Shown piece by piece: positions 52,660 through 63,265 of a DNA stretch of 64,000 nucleotides (positions are counted from its first letter, which is position 1; each line of letters begins with the position of its first letter). The position numbers and the translations under genes were made by a program. Location of the stretch: assembly GCA_051599415.1 (NCBI GenBank), contig AP039704.1, positions 186,001 to 250,000 of the forward strand. The letters run 5' to 3'. Source of the DNA: Savitreella phatthalungensis (taxonomy: Eukaryota). Below the pieces are notes generated by a model. It saw only the letters and a list, made by a program, of their open reading frames with translations, was not told where the DNA came from and did not search any database.

Positions 52660-54886
52660 AGCACTATAGCATCAAGGATGGAGGCCCGATGAAGTCAGAG
52701 AACCAGCAAAGCAAGCAATAGAAGCGTGTGTTTGTGCCAGTATGAATACGGTACTGGTATAGCGTCGCTCACCGATGAGCCAGCAGACGTGTAGCTAAAG
52801 GAGCTTCAGGCCGCGTCCTCTATTTCAGGTGTTCTTCTGCTAGACTGATAAACCCGTGCGCACGCAAGAAAGCGATAGCCTTTGTTTCCGAAGGCCTACA
52901 AGGTGATAAACCTATGCCGCGCTCGATATCGGTCGTTGGACTTGTGGAAGATTGAACTTGTGTCTTGTCTCGTCAAGCGCATCGTACTCTCGCGCACAGA
53001 TTGATGGGCGGAGTTTCGGCCCACTTGCCGCTGCGCGCTCAGACATGCATGAAATTGGATGACTGCACAAGCCCTGCAGATGATCGATTCGGTAAACACG
53101 ACTTGGCGCAGGCGGTGGAGGTTCACTTTAGGAACGAAGTGGAACGCAGGACTGAATCTTCTGTCGATTCACGATCCCCCGAAAGAGGCGCCTGAGGAAC
53201 AAAACAGCGCCAGCCTCATTCGTTCTCCTTACGCAGTGCTGCCTTGTTCAGAAAGCGATAGAGAGAAGGATGTGGCATATTCTTTCAGTATTCTATTGGA
53301 CGCCATGACTATCAGAGATTGAATTGGTAAAGCTAATCAGGGTAGGGCATATGCATGAGCAAGGGGTAACAAGCCGCAAGAGCGACTTCATCTCCCCCTT
53401 TGTCGACATGTTGCGATTGTTCATACGAGCACTGGCCCTAAAACCTCTGCTCAGTGAGGCTCGGACCACCCGGCATTCTTTGACAATCATTGATCCTGCT
53501 TGGTACTCATCTGAGGGTAATGCGTCGTTGACAATGCGTCCTGCATATCGACCGAAGAGTGTATTTTAAGCCTTAGTCAATCGCACACCCCTGTAAACGT
53601 ATCTATGTCCAAGGGATTCAGATTGCTTCATATATGATCGAGTCAAGCTGCATGGTGCATCTGCAGTAAAGGAAGTCGAGCTACAGTACTTATTGGAAGC
53701 GCCCCTCTGCCACGTGGCCTACACCCTTTCGGCTACAATCCCATGAGGTTTCAACACACGGCGTCGTCGGCCACATTACCTCGCATCGCGATCACTTTTC
53801 TGATCGACAAGGAATTCCGACTGTGGATCACAGCCGTGTCGTGGATCGAGTCCTGCACGAGCGCTCCCTGCATATTCCTGATTCAGTATAGGTGTTGTTG
53901 ATGTCGATGAGCCAATGGGCTATAGAGCCTGCCCGATGAAGTCTGTATTGGAAGTGGTTAAGATCCAGACTACAGACATCAACCAGATGGAGGCTTCCAT
54001 GACTGATTTGCCGGTTCCTTGGGCGAAGGACGGTAGCGCTCGCCGACTCCTGCATAGGCTGCACGCATGTTCACAAAAGCCATTCACGATCTTTGTCACG
54101 TCGACGTGCCGCTCATCATGCGCTCTCGCAAATTTCTATAGCTCATATAGTCCGGACCTGGCTGATTTGTATTGAGCTTCGCTTGAGTACATAGGATGCG
54201 CAGACTGCTAACCGACTTGAGAGCCGTCTACTTGGAGCGACGTCGAACGAGAATGCAATATCTGCCGGTATGCAATCATTTGACGTCACAGCCTGTCCCG
54301 TCCTGTCCTCGACAGCTCCTACTCGCCTCAGCGTGTCCTGACTTGTCAGATCGGTTGATGGTAAAGGACCTTGCAGTCACTTTGATTCACGTATCCCTTG
54401 ACATGTGCCAGACTGGCGGTGAGACTCGTCCGATTTGCCACGGAGTGTTGGAGGAACGTCAAAGATCGACCATCGTGGACTATTCAGTTACATGTGCACA
54501 GCATGCACGAGTCAAGTCTGGAGCACGATTTCGTTGGTAAGGTGTCCACAAAAAGCTGAAGCATCGTGCACTATCAGCAACTGGTGACACTGATTCCGCA
54601 AATACATCGGGAGATCAGTATCGCAAAATGGAAACGAGCCGGCGAGTTGGCATCGAGCGCTACCTCTGACAATCCAGGGAGAAAAATACGGAAATCCTGT
54701 GGCTGTATCCAAGAGCCATATTGATTCGGATCACTCCAGCGTATCTTTTCCAGCTGATCACACATCATATCCACACATGCCATTAATCCGTGCACAGGCA
54801 CAAAGGTCATTCCTGCTCACAATCTAGGAAAACACGGCTCAGGCTTGACCGCACGCTCTAGCCACTCGTACGTCTCATCGGACAGC

Positions 54887-56518
54887 ATGGGGACGTCCTT
54901 GAAGAGAAAAAGCAAGCGACAGCCTGTGCGACAGCGTCATAAAGTGGCTAAGAAAGTAGCCGAGCACAACAGGAAGTCTAAGAAAGCGGCAAAGAATGAT
55001 CCGACCTGGAAATCGCGCGTCAAGAAGGACATTGGCATTCCTTCCAGCTTTCCATACAAGTCGAGACTGCTTGGTCAAATTGTGGAGAGGAAGCGTGCCG
55101 ACGTCGAAGCGAGACGAGGGTCGAAGAACAGCGCGCCTGCGGAAAATGAAGAATTGAATGTGGATGAAGACCTTGACGATGAAATGGAAGCCTACGACCA
55201 GGGAGAGGCATCAGACGACCAGGGAGACGACTCTGATTCAGCGACCGGTCCAGTCTCAATAGCGGACTTTGCAGCTTCAATAGCTGAGCGCTCCGCGAGA
55301 TATCGACAAGAAAAACAGAGTGCTGTGGACGACGCAAATGGAGACGATACTAACGAAGGCGACTTGATGAACGACCATGAGTCCGGACACGAAAGTGACG
55401 CGTCCCATGATCCAGACGAATGGGCAGGTTTTGACGAGTCACATTCGTCCGCATTGAAGAAGGAAACCTCGCGCAAGATGTTTGACAAAGACTTTAAGAA
55501 CGTCGTCGAGAAATCGGATGTCGTCCTCTTCGTCCTGGATGCGCGGGATCCTGAGGGTACAAGATCTCGCGAGGTGGAGAAGCTCGTTCTTGGAGCTGCA
55601 GGAGGAGACAAGCGTCTCTTGCTCGTAATTAACAAAGTTGATCTGGTCCCTAGCGACGTTGTTCGCGACTGGACGACGCATCTGGGCCAGTCCTTTCCGA
55701 CAATCCCGATCAGGGCGTCACGGGCACCAGCAGCTGGCGCTCCACGTGATGCCATGCACGCGACGGCCGCAGGGCTTCTGAAGAGCATCAAGGCGTATGC
55801 ATCGAAATCATCACTGAGGCGCGCGATCACTGTCGGCGTGGTCGGATATCCGAATGTGGGCAAGAGCTCCATCATCAACGCCCTTTTATCTGCTGCCAAG
55901 CACTCGCGCACCGAGCCATGTCCCACTGGCGCCGAGGCTGGCGTCACTCGCTCTATAAAGGAGCTCAAACTAGACAGCAAGGTCAAACTTGTCGATTCTC
56001 CTGGTATAGTCTTTCCCGGTGCCAGCTCTGCGGATATCGCAAGGATGGCACAACTCGTACTCCTCAACGCCATCCCTTCACAGCAAATCATCGATCCATT
56101 GCCTGCTGTTACGAGCATCCTCGCGCTCGCAGCATCCAATGACGAGATAATGCAGGGAATCATCAGCCTATACGATCTACCTGCACTCGTGCCGAACTCC
56201 TCTTCGAACTTCACGGCGCCTGATCCGCACGACTTCCTTATACATGTCGCGCGCAAACGCGGCAGAATCAGACGCGGCGGCATCCCAGATGTCGAATCCG
56301 CTGCTCGTGCAATCTTGAGCGATTGGAGAGACGGCCGCCTGCGCTGGTACCAGCCAGCGCCGAGAAATGTCACTGATGTTGCTGCTGGCGCTACGAGTAA
56401 TGGAGCTGGCGAAGGCAGCACATCCATGCATAATTCCCAGCCCGATATTGTATATGCATGGGCTCAGGAGTTCGATCTCGACGGCCTACTGTCCAGTGTT
56501 GACATGCGCGATGTGTAG
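54887..56518 (+). CDS. NUG1: Nucleolar circularly permuted GTPase (Nug1/Grn1/GNL3)
   Basis: Basic N-terminus with KKDIGIPSSFPYK, VLDARDP, NKVDL, GYPNVGKSS, GVT, DSPG, GGIPD..SAA. Confidence 0.95.
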   Translation: MGTSLKRKSKRQPVRQRHKVAKKVAEHNRKSKKAAKNDPTWKSRVKKDIGIPSSFPYKSRLLGQIVERKRADVEARRGSKNSAPAENEELNVDEDLDDEMEAYDQGEASDDQGDDSDSATGPVSIADFAASIAERSARYRQEKQSAVDDANGDDTNEGDLMNDHESGHESDASHDPDEWAGFDESHSSALKKETSRKMFDKDFKNVVEKSDVVLFVLDARDPEGTRSREVEKLVLGAAGGDKRLLLVINKVDLVPSDVVRDWTTHLGQSFPTIPIRASRAPAAGAPRDAMHATAAGLLKSIKAYASKSSLRRAITVGVVGYPNVGKSSIINALLSAAKHSRTEPCPTGAEAGVTRSIKELKLDSKVKLVDSPGIVFPGASSADIARMAQLVLLNAIPSQQIIDPLPAVTSILALAASNDEIMQGIISLYDLPALVPNSSSNFTAPDPHDFLIHVARKRGRIRRGGIPDVESAARAILSDWRDGRLRWYQPAPRNVTDVAAGATSNGAGEGSTSMHNSQPDIVYAWAQEFDLDGLLSSVDMRDV

Positions 56519-56553
56519 ACGCTCCTTATTCTAGGCCGACAGATGTACAATCG

Positions 56554-57004
56554 TCACTTGACTCGCTGTTGTAATTCCCTGTAGGCTGCCAAACCAACTA
56601 TTGCGAAGACGGCAAATAAAAGCACCTTGAACATGAACATCACGATGCCTAATATTGTAAGTCAGTCGTGCGGCGATGCAGAGAGTGTAGATTCGCGAAC
56701 CATATACCATACGGGTTGTGCGCACGAGCATGACGAAGCCAAAATACAGCGACACCAGCAGAAGCACTACAGATGTTAGATCAGCATTCGAACGGGTGAC
56801 CGTCGCTGAACTGCTGCCTATCCCCAGCAGCGAGCCGGCATCAGCAGTCAGACGCTGCATAATGCTCGAAAGCTGGCCGACAATAGGTCGCAGTGTCCAC
56901 AGAGCGATGCTGGCTGTAGAACACACATTAGCGACGACCGCATTGTCGGCGGCGTATCGAGCACACAGTTCTTCCTTCGCTTGCACAAAAGATTCGAAAG
57001 ACAT
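56554..57004 (-). CDS. APQ12: Apq12-like nuclear membrane protein, spliced: join(57004..56701, 56648..56554), 132 aa
   Basis: A 52-nt intron (GTTCGC...CTGAC...TAG, 56700-56649) restores a second TM helix: RMVYG/IVMFMFKVLLFAVFAIVGLAAYRELQQRVK*. An alternative in-frame donor GTATGG lies 12 nt upstream. Confidence 0.65.
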
Positions 57005-57095
57005 CGATGGCTAGTAGAGCTGACACTGACACGCGCGTAGTCAGTCCCGATTCTTTTCAAATGGTGTAGAATTTCGTGTGTTAAGATTTTGTGAT

Positions 57096-58052
57096 CTATA
57101 AAGAGCTGTCCCCGTCATGGTTGCAATCGATCTTTGCACGACTCAACTTCGTGTAGTCTAGACGACGCAACTTGTTGCGCGCTCTCCTCTCGAGTGACAG
57201 CTGCGAATTGTATTCGACGGCAGAAACGCCAGGCCTGCTCGGCTCTATGTACGATTCTCGGTGTGCCTCAGAAGAGCTTGCTGTCGCCGCTGTTCGTCGG
57301 GTATGGTGCTCATGCTCGTCCTTTTTCCCATTATTGCCATGGTCGTCCTCATGCGCAGAATCGGCTTCTGTAAAACCCTCGTCTCTGGCACGCTGAGCAA
57401 AGTAGTCGTCGCGCACGCGGAATCCGCGAAGTATCATGCGCGCCCCAAATGTCTTGAAGATCGACCGTGCTTCGACCACGCCGATCGGCCGGTTGCGATA
57501 GGAATTCGGAATGGCCTCCTGCGCAATCATGTGTTGCTTGTCTATGTCATTCGTCATGATCTTGTCGAGGTGCTTGTTCTTGTTGAACAGCAGATAGCTG
57601 TCGCGGTAGCCGGTAAAGCGAGCAACTTCTGTCGCCAAAAGAAACAGATCTGAGCCACGTCCAGGCATTGTGAAGGTTTTGCATACGAATTGGCGGCCAT
57701 CGAGCAGATTACCGTACCGATCGATCTTAGAGTCTCCCTCCGGATCGTCGTCATCAGGGGAGAAGGGCACGACGTAGCTCGACGCGCCGGTATTTGATGA
57801 CGATATACGAGGCGTTGTGGTTTCTCCTGCACTGACACCTGCGGCAACCCCGGGCCGTTTCTTCGCCGGAGGACCTTCTGATTCCAGACTCGGCCTTTCT
57901 AGCGGAGTATGAGATCTGTCCGCTTGTCCCGGCTCCATATTCCCGGGCGTGGTCTTACCTGCGAAATCCTTCAGGTGATCGTCCCCAACCACGCTGTCCT
58001 TCTCATCCTCGCTGGTTGAGACAGATGTCGCTTCAGACGGCGAGGAAGACAT
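57096..58052 (-). CDS. RSC7: Chromatin remodelling subunit Rsc7/Npl6/Swp82 family
   Basis: DPEGDSKIDRYGNLLDGR.F, LATEVAR..GYRDSYLLF.KN, IPNSYRNR, ARSIFKTFGAR...G..VRDDY. Confidence 0.87.
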   Translation of the reverse strand: MSSSPSEATSVSTSEDEKDSVVGDDHLKDFAGKTTPGNMEPGQADRSHTPLERPSLESEGPPAKKRPGVAAGVSAGETTTPRISSSNTGASSYVVPFSPDDDDPEGDSKIDRYGNLLDGRQFVCKTFTMPGRGSDLFLLATEVARFTGYRDSYLLFNKNKHLDKIMTNDIDKQHMIAQEAIPNSYRNRPIGVVEARSIFKTFGARMILRGFRVRDDYFAQRARDEGFTEADSAHEDDHGNNGKKDEHEHHTRRTAATASSSEAHRESYIEPSRPGVSAVEYNSQLSLERRARNKLRRLDYTKLSRAKIDCNHDGDSSL

Positions 58053-58948
58053 GGCCGAAATCCTCTCAAGCTATAGCATACTGCCTACCCCGCCAGGCCG
58101 AGACTTTGCACTGGCACGCGACGCAGCTTGAGTTGCACCGGCTGGTAGATCTAAGTCTCGGGGAAAGTCACGTGGTCAATCCTTTGCGCCTGAGGACACG
58201 GTAGCTCCGGTTGCCACGTGTATCGACGAGCTGTCCCTCGCAATAGATGGAGAGATCTTAATGAGCCAACGTTTGCAAAGTGCTCTGCTTGAGCTTCTCC
58301 TTGTTCGCCGTCCGGGAACATGTCTCGACTGCATGTTCGTGCACACTGCGCTAGGGCTGGCTGGCTAAGGTATGCGAAGTCTTCTGATCGATAATTCGAA
58401 TTTATTAGAGGAATTATACAAATTCACGTCCATAGGGAACTGATGACATATACGTGCGCATGATTGATCATCGATCGATCGAGTATGTACTCTGATAAAT
58501 TTAAATTCACGTTGATCATCTAATTTAGATCAACCGATATATACCTTTTATAGCTCAATCACACAATCGATCCTTACTGGCACAAGGCACATGAGACAAG
58601 TAGCTAGAGCTAGATGACTGCAACTTGCGCAAGGATTCGTGCGGGCGAACATGCGCGTGCATCGCAAGCAACATTTTTACACGATCATGAATGATCGATG
58701 GATATCGAACAGCCCCGGACTGTGGCCTTCGTGGTCATCCAGGAACATTTATCTAGCTGAAACTGGAATTGGAGCCTGAGACTGGATCGAGACGTCGGAC
58801 TCAGGAGGATGAATGTCGAAGCTGAACAACTCGCCATCAAGTGAATCTCATTGCTTGGTCGACTTACCTCGTAGATTGCTGCTCACCGAATTTACATTAA
58901 TAACGGAGACTTGGGTCCAGCAAGGAACCACTCGATTGACAGGCTGCG

Positions 58949-61882
58949 ATGAAGCGGACAAGGCAGCAGGAGACTGTTGTCTATGTCCAGCGCAATCGTG
59001 CTGCCAAGATAGTGAGACAGATATATTTACGCGGCGACATCCCTTGTCACATCGCATCATGCGATACACAAAGGAGCTTACTGGCTCATGCGACATCAGC
59101 GGCTGGTCAACAATTGTCAGAGGCTCCAGCAGAAATCAGACCGTATGGAATGCGCTACCTGCTCCCAGACACGAATGTCTTCTACCACGCAATTGATGTA
59201 ATGGAGCAAAGCAATTGCTTCCGCGATGTCATCGTACTCCAGACTGTGCTCGACGAGCTGCGAAACAAGAATATGGGGCTCTACGAAAGGCTGAGAAGGC
59301 TCGTGCAAGACAACGATAAGCGTTTTGTCGTGTTCTACAACGAGATTTGCGCAGAAACGCACGTCCATCGTGAAGCGAACGAAACCATCAATGACAGAAA
59401 TGATCGCTCTATTGTCAAGTCTGCGGACTGGTACAATAAATTGCTTCTCCGGTCGGGTGGCAAGCAGAGGTCAGTCCTCTTGCTGAGCGACGATGCGGGT
59501 GTTCGCAGTCGATGCGAGCACAGCGATGTCGACGTGCAGTCCGCTGAGAACTTCCTCAGACACTTTGAGCTGGGAGATCGCTACTTGGATATGCTATCAA
59601 GTTCTACTAACGAAGGTATCGGGTTGTCACGCGCGAATTCAGAGCAATCACCACGCAGGATATATCCCAAGCATCTGGGACTCTCCGCTGTTCTTAATGG
59701 CGTTCGCTCTGGCTTACTGTACCGTGCGGTTATCTCGATCGACCAACGCAATAATCAACAGGGAACTATGGCCGTAAAGGGATTTGAGCAGCCAGTTCAA
59801 GTCGTCGGCTATCAGGACCTCAACCGTGCAACAGATGGCGACACAGTTGCCATACAGATGCTGCCGGAAGCCGACTGGCGAGGAGCTGGCGATCGACTGA
59901 TCATCGAGGATGACGAGCCATCTAATGCCGAAGATGAGCTTCGTGCTAACGACCGATCACCGCTTGCGTCACAAGCGAAGAAAGTCCCGACGGCCCGAGT
60001 GGTCGGTATTCTACGGCGGAATTGGAGGCCATTTGTCTGCACTGTCGACACGCGATCCGTCTCTAGCGACTACCGCAATCGTGGTCTTCAGCCGGTATAT
60101 GTACGCCCACTAGACCGCCGCATCCCACGTATCCGTATTCGCACTCGCCAACTCGCTAGCCTGCTCGACCAGAAGCTCGTTGTTAGTGTCGATCGCTGGA
60201 GCGAGACGACACGGTTTCCCGAAGGTCACCTTATAAGCGTGCTGGGAAGTCTTGAAAGTATCGAGGCGGAGACCTCAGCTCTTCTGCTTGAGCATGGCGT
60301 TTCGGCAAGACCGTTTCCTAAGGTTGTGCTCGATTGCCTGCCCTCGGAAGGTAGTACATGGACTGTCAAGGAGGACATGCAACGACATCCGGGACAAAAT
60401 GGAAAGCGAGCCGATCTGCGACATCTCCACATCTGCAGTATCGATCCGCCTGGCTGTCAGGACATTGACGACGCGCTCCACGCGCGTATGTTGCCGAACG
60501 GTAATATTGAAGCCGGCGTGCACATTGCCGATGTCTCGAATTTCGTGAGTCCTTTGACAGCGATGGACGATGAGGCCATGGTCAGGGGCACGACTGTGTA
60601 CATGGTTGACAAGCGCATCGACATGCTACCGGCCTTGCTGGGCACCAATCTCTGCTCGCTCATGCCGTACGTTGAGCGGTATGCATTCACGGTGACCTGG
60701 GAATTTGACAACGAACTCAACGTGGTCAAGTCTACATTCACAAAGTCCATCATCCAGTCCAAGGAAGCCTTCACATACGAAGCTGCTCAGTCGAGAATTG
60801 ATGACGAGTCCCAGAAAGACGAACTGAGCAACAGCATGCGCTTGCTGCTCCGGATTGCGCGGGTCCTGAAGGCACGTCGCGTAGCGGCAGGTGCGCTCAA
60901 TCTTGCAAGTCCAGAAATCAAGATTCAAATGGGCAACGAGACGTCAGAACCTGTGGACGTTCTAACGAAGGAAGCTCATGAAACGAATTCTCTTGTCGAA
61001 GAATTCATGTTGCTTGCCAACATCAGCGTCGCCCGGCGTATCTACGAAGCCTTTCCTGAATCAGCCATACTGCGACGACACGGCGCACCCCCATCGTCCA
61101 GCTTCGATACTCTGCGGCAGGCGCTGAGAGAGCGGCGCGGCATCGATCTGCGTGTCGATTCGTCGCGCGCCGTGGCCGACTCGCTTGATGCTTGCATCGA
61201 CCCGAATGACCCGACTTTCAACACACTTGTCCGAATCATGGCGACTCGATGTATGCTTAGTGCAGAGTACTTTTATGCCGGGCAATATTCACGCGACGAG
61301 TTTCGCCACTACGGCCTGGCAACCGACATCTATACGCACTTCACATCGCCGATTCGACGATACGCGGACATCATAGCGCATCGACAGCTCGCAGCTGCGA
61401 TAGGCTGGGAGGATGCCCATGCATCGTTGATCAATGAGGAGGTGCTCGAGCTGACATGCAAGAACATCAATTATCGTCATAGAATGGGCCAGCTGGCTGG
61501 ACGAGCTAGTGTCGAATTCTTCGTCGGGCAAGCGCTCAAAAACAAGGAGACGCTCGAGCAGGCTTCAGTCCTGCAAGTCTTCTCGAACGGCTTTGTCGTC
61601 TTCGTTCCGAGCCTCGGTATCGAGGGCACGATACATCTCGCTGATGTCGAAGGACTCAATGCCACTCATACGGAATTTATCCCGGATAAATTCTTGCTCC
61701 GATTCAGCCGGGCGATGCGCGAAGGAACTGGATCCGAGGCCTATACGTCAATTACTATGGGCACGGTCGGACGTCGAGGCGAGCTGGATTTGGGTATTTT
61801 CGACAAAATTCAGGTGAAGGTATCGACGACTTACAAAGAAGCCACTGGGCGTCGGTTGCTCAATCTACAATGGATTTTGTAG
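58949..61882 (+). CDS. DIS3: Exosome catalytic subunit Dis3/Rrp44
   Basis: PIN domain (PDTNV, QTVLDEL, ETINDRNDR, LLSDD) and RNB domain (SIDPPGCQDIDDALH, VHIADV, EEFMLLAN, YTHFTSPIRRYAD). Confidence 0.96.
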   Translation: MKRTRQQETVVYVQRNRAAKIVRQIYLRGDIPCHIASCDTQRSLLAHATSAAGQQLSEAPAEIRPYGMRYLLPDTNVFYHAIDVMEQSNCFRDVIVLQTVLDELRNKNMGLYERLRRLVQDNDKRFVVFYNEICAETHVHREANETINDRNDRSIVKSADWYNKLLLRSGGKQRSVLLLSDDAGVRSRCEHSDVDVQSAENFLRHFELGDRYLDMLSSSTNEGIGLSRANSEQSPRRIYPKHLGLSAVLNGVRSGLLYRAVISIDQRNNQQGTMAVKGFEQPVQVVGYQDLNRATDGDTVAIQMLPEADWRGAGDRLIIEDDEPSNAEDELRANDRSPLASQAKKVPTARVVGILRRNWRPFVCTVDTRSVSSDYRNRGLQPVYVRPLDRRIPRIRIRTRQLASLLDQKLVVSVDRWSETTRFPEGHLISVLGSLESIEAETSALLLEHGVSARPFPKVVLDCLPSEGSTWTVKEDMQRHPGQNGKRADLRHLHICSIDPPGCQDIDDALHARMLPNGNIEAGVHIADVSNFVSPLTAMDDEAMVRGTTVYMVDKRIDMLPALLGTNLCSLMPYVERYAFTVTWEFDNELNVVKSTFTKSIIQSKEAFTYEAAQSRIDDESQKDELSNSMRLLLRIARVLKARRVAAGALNLASPEIKIQMGNETSEPVDVLTKEAHETNSLVEEFMLLANISVARRIYEAFPESAILRRHGAPPSSSFDTLRQALRERRGIDLRVDSSRAVADSLDACIDPNDPTFNTLVRIMATRCMLSAEYFYAGQYSRDEFRHYGLATDIYTHFTSPIRRYADIIAHRQLAAAIGWEDAHASLINEEVLELTCKNINYRHRMGQLAGRASVEFFVGQALKNKETLEQASVLQVFSNGFVVFVPSLGIEGTIHLADVEGLNATHTEFIPDKFLLRFSRAMREGTGSEAYTSITMGTVGRRGELDLGIFDKIQVKVSTTYKEATGRRLLNLQWIL

Positions 61883-62726
61883 ACGCTCGGCTCGATAAGT
61901 CAGGGGCCAGGAGCTCATAATGTTCGCATCTTGGATGTCATGCAATAATACCAACCTTTCAAACATGCGACCTGAGTGAAAGGCGAGTTACGCACCAGTG
62001 TGACCAAGTGAAGCAACAAACGAACACGTGACACCTGACATCCAGCTGCCTTCCAATTCACAAATGGCCGCTTCATTCAGCGATTATAAAGTAGACATAG
62101 CATCGTATTCGCGCAGCTGATCTTTCGAGATCAGGACAAAGGGTATCAAAGCATCTCTGCAACGGTGCCCTTGGCAGCAGCGCATTACTGGGTCTGTAAA
62201 ATCATCATGGTGTGTGCCCGTGCCCGGCCGAGCCTCGACCTTTACTAGTCGAAACACTGGACACCTGCGGGCGCCCGACCAATCAAAATTCGCAGATCAG
62301 AAAGCCACTCGCACGACTTCCCCACCTGTCTCATAATGCAGCGATCCTTTTGACAGCTCTGTTGAGCGTCTCGTCTCAAGTCGCGAAGCTGCTTGTACGA
62401 GCTCGCGGGATATGCGCCAATGGAATAGAACAATTTCTGATTCGATGCAAGCGAAAATGTGGACAGGCTTCAGCGCGACTCTGCGCGGCAGACCTAGTGA
62501 CTCTTGCTCGTCTCGCTCATCCACAGGCACTGCGACCTGTTGCTATCGCGTCCCTTTGCATTGGCTGCCTTTCAGCATGTGCGCTTTGACGATCAAGATT
62601 GTTCGCGACTGCAAAATAAGCGAAGATCACCACAATCAGCGATCCTCTTCTCATGGAAGACCCCGGACTTATAAGTGAGGAACACAATTGTTGTATGCTT
62701 GCACTTGTCGTGCGTCGCACTGCAAG

Positions 62727-63122
62727 ATGATTCATCTGCGCGACACTAGCGACCGAAAAACAAGTACCAAAGAGCAGTGCTCCAAAGGAACCAAGGAGTT
62801 GCGTGAGCCATGTCTATCGGAAGACCTAGTTAGCAGTTCGTCAAGGAGTAAGCGGCAGCGGGAGATTGAAGATGAGACGCCAAAACAGAAACCAGTGAAT
62901 CGACGCCCAAACGAGGACGCGCTTCCATTTCCCAAGCCGGAGGTCAGTAAGGTCTGGTCATATATGAGGCTGCCTGCTGTGTCTTCTGCTGACCTGATCT
63001 CCCTATCACAGCCAGCGCCGGGGCCTCAACGGGCAGAGAGGCTGGATGAGGGTCCGCCAGAGCCATACATGCCACGCATAGAGTCGATCGACCGCTTCGG
63101 TCGCGATATGCATTCCTTCTAA
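62727..63122 (+). CDS. Possible small orphan hydrophilic protein
   Basis: Charged, protein-like composition (RSKRQREIEDETPKQKP) in a ~1.4-kb gap. No family recognised; may be non-coding or a terminal exon. Confidence 0.25.
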   Translation: MIHLRDTSDRKTSTKEQCSKGTKELREPCLSEDLVSSSSRSKRQREIEDETPKQKPVNRRPNEDALPFPKPEVSKVWSYMRLPAVSSADLISLSQPAPGPQRAERLDEGPPEPYMPRIESIDRFGRDMHSF

Positions 63123-63265
63123 GTGTACACACTCTGACACGTGGTGGCCAAACATTCTTACATACGCACCACGTTCTCTTCGTCGCTGATGAAAGCAAGC
63201 GCATCATCGCTACTATGCGCTTATGAATGGCTGATTTCCCGCGGCTCAACGACGTTGCAAGAGGC

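Noticed and set aside
55192..56427. 411-aa antisense ORF opposite NUG1 (likewise 19332-20129, 8355-9140, 13657-14460)
   Set aside because: Shadow ORFs expected from GC-rich codon usage; no recognisable motifs.
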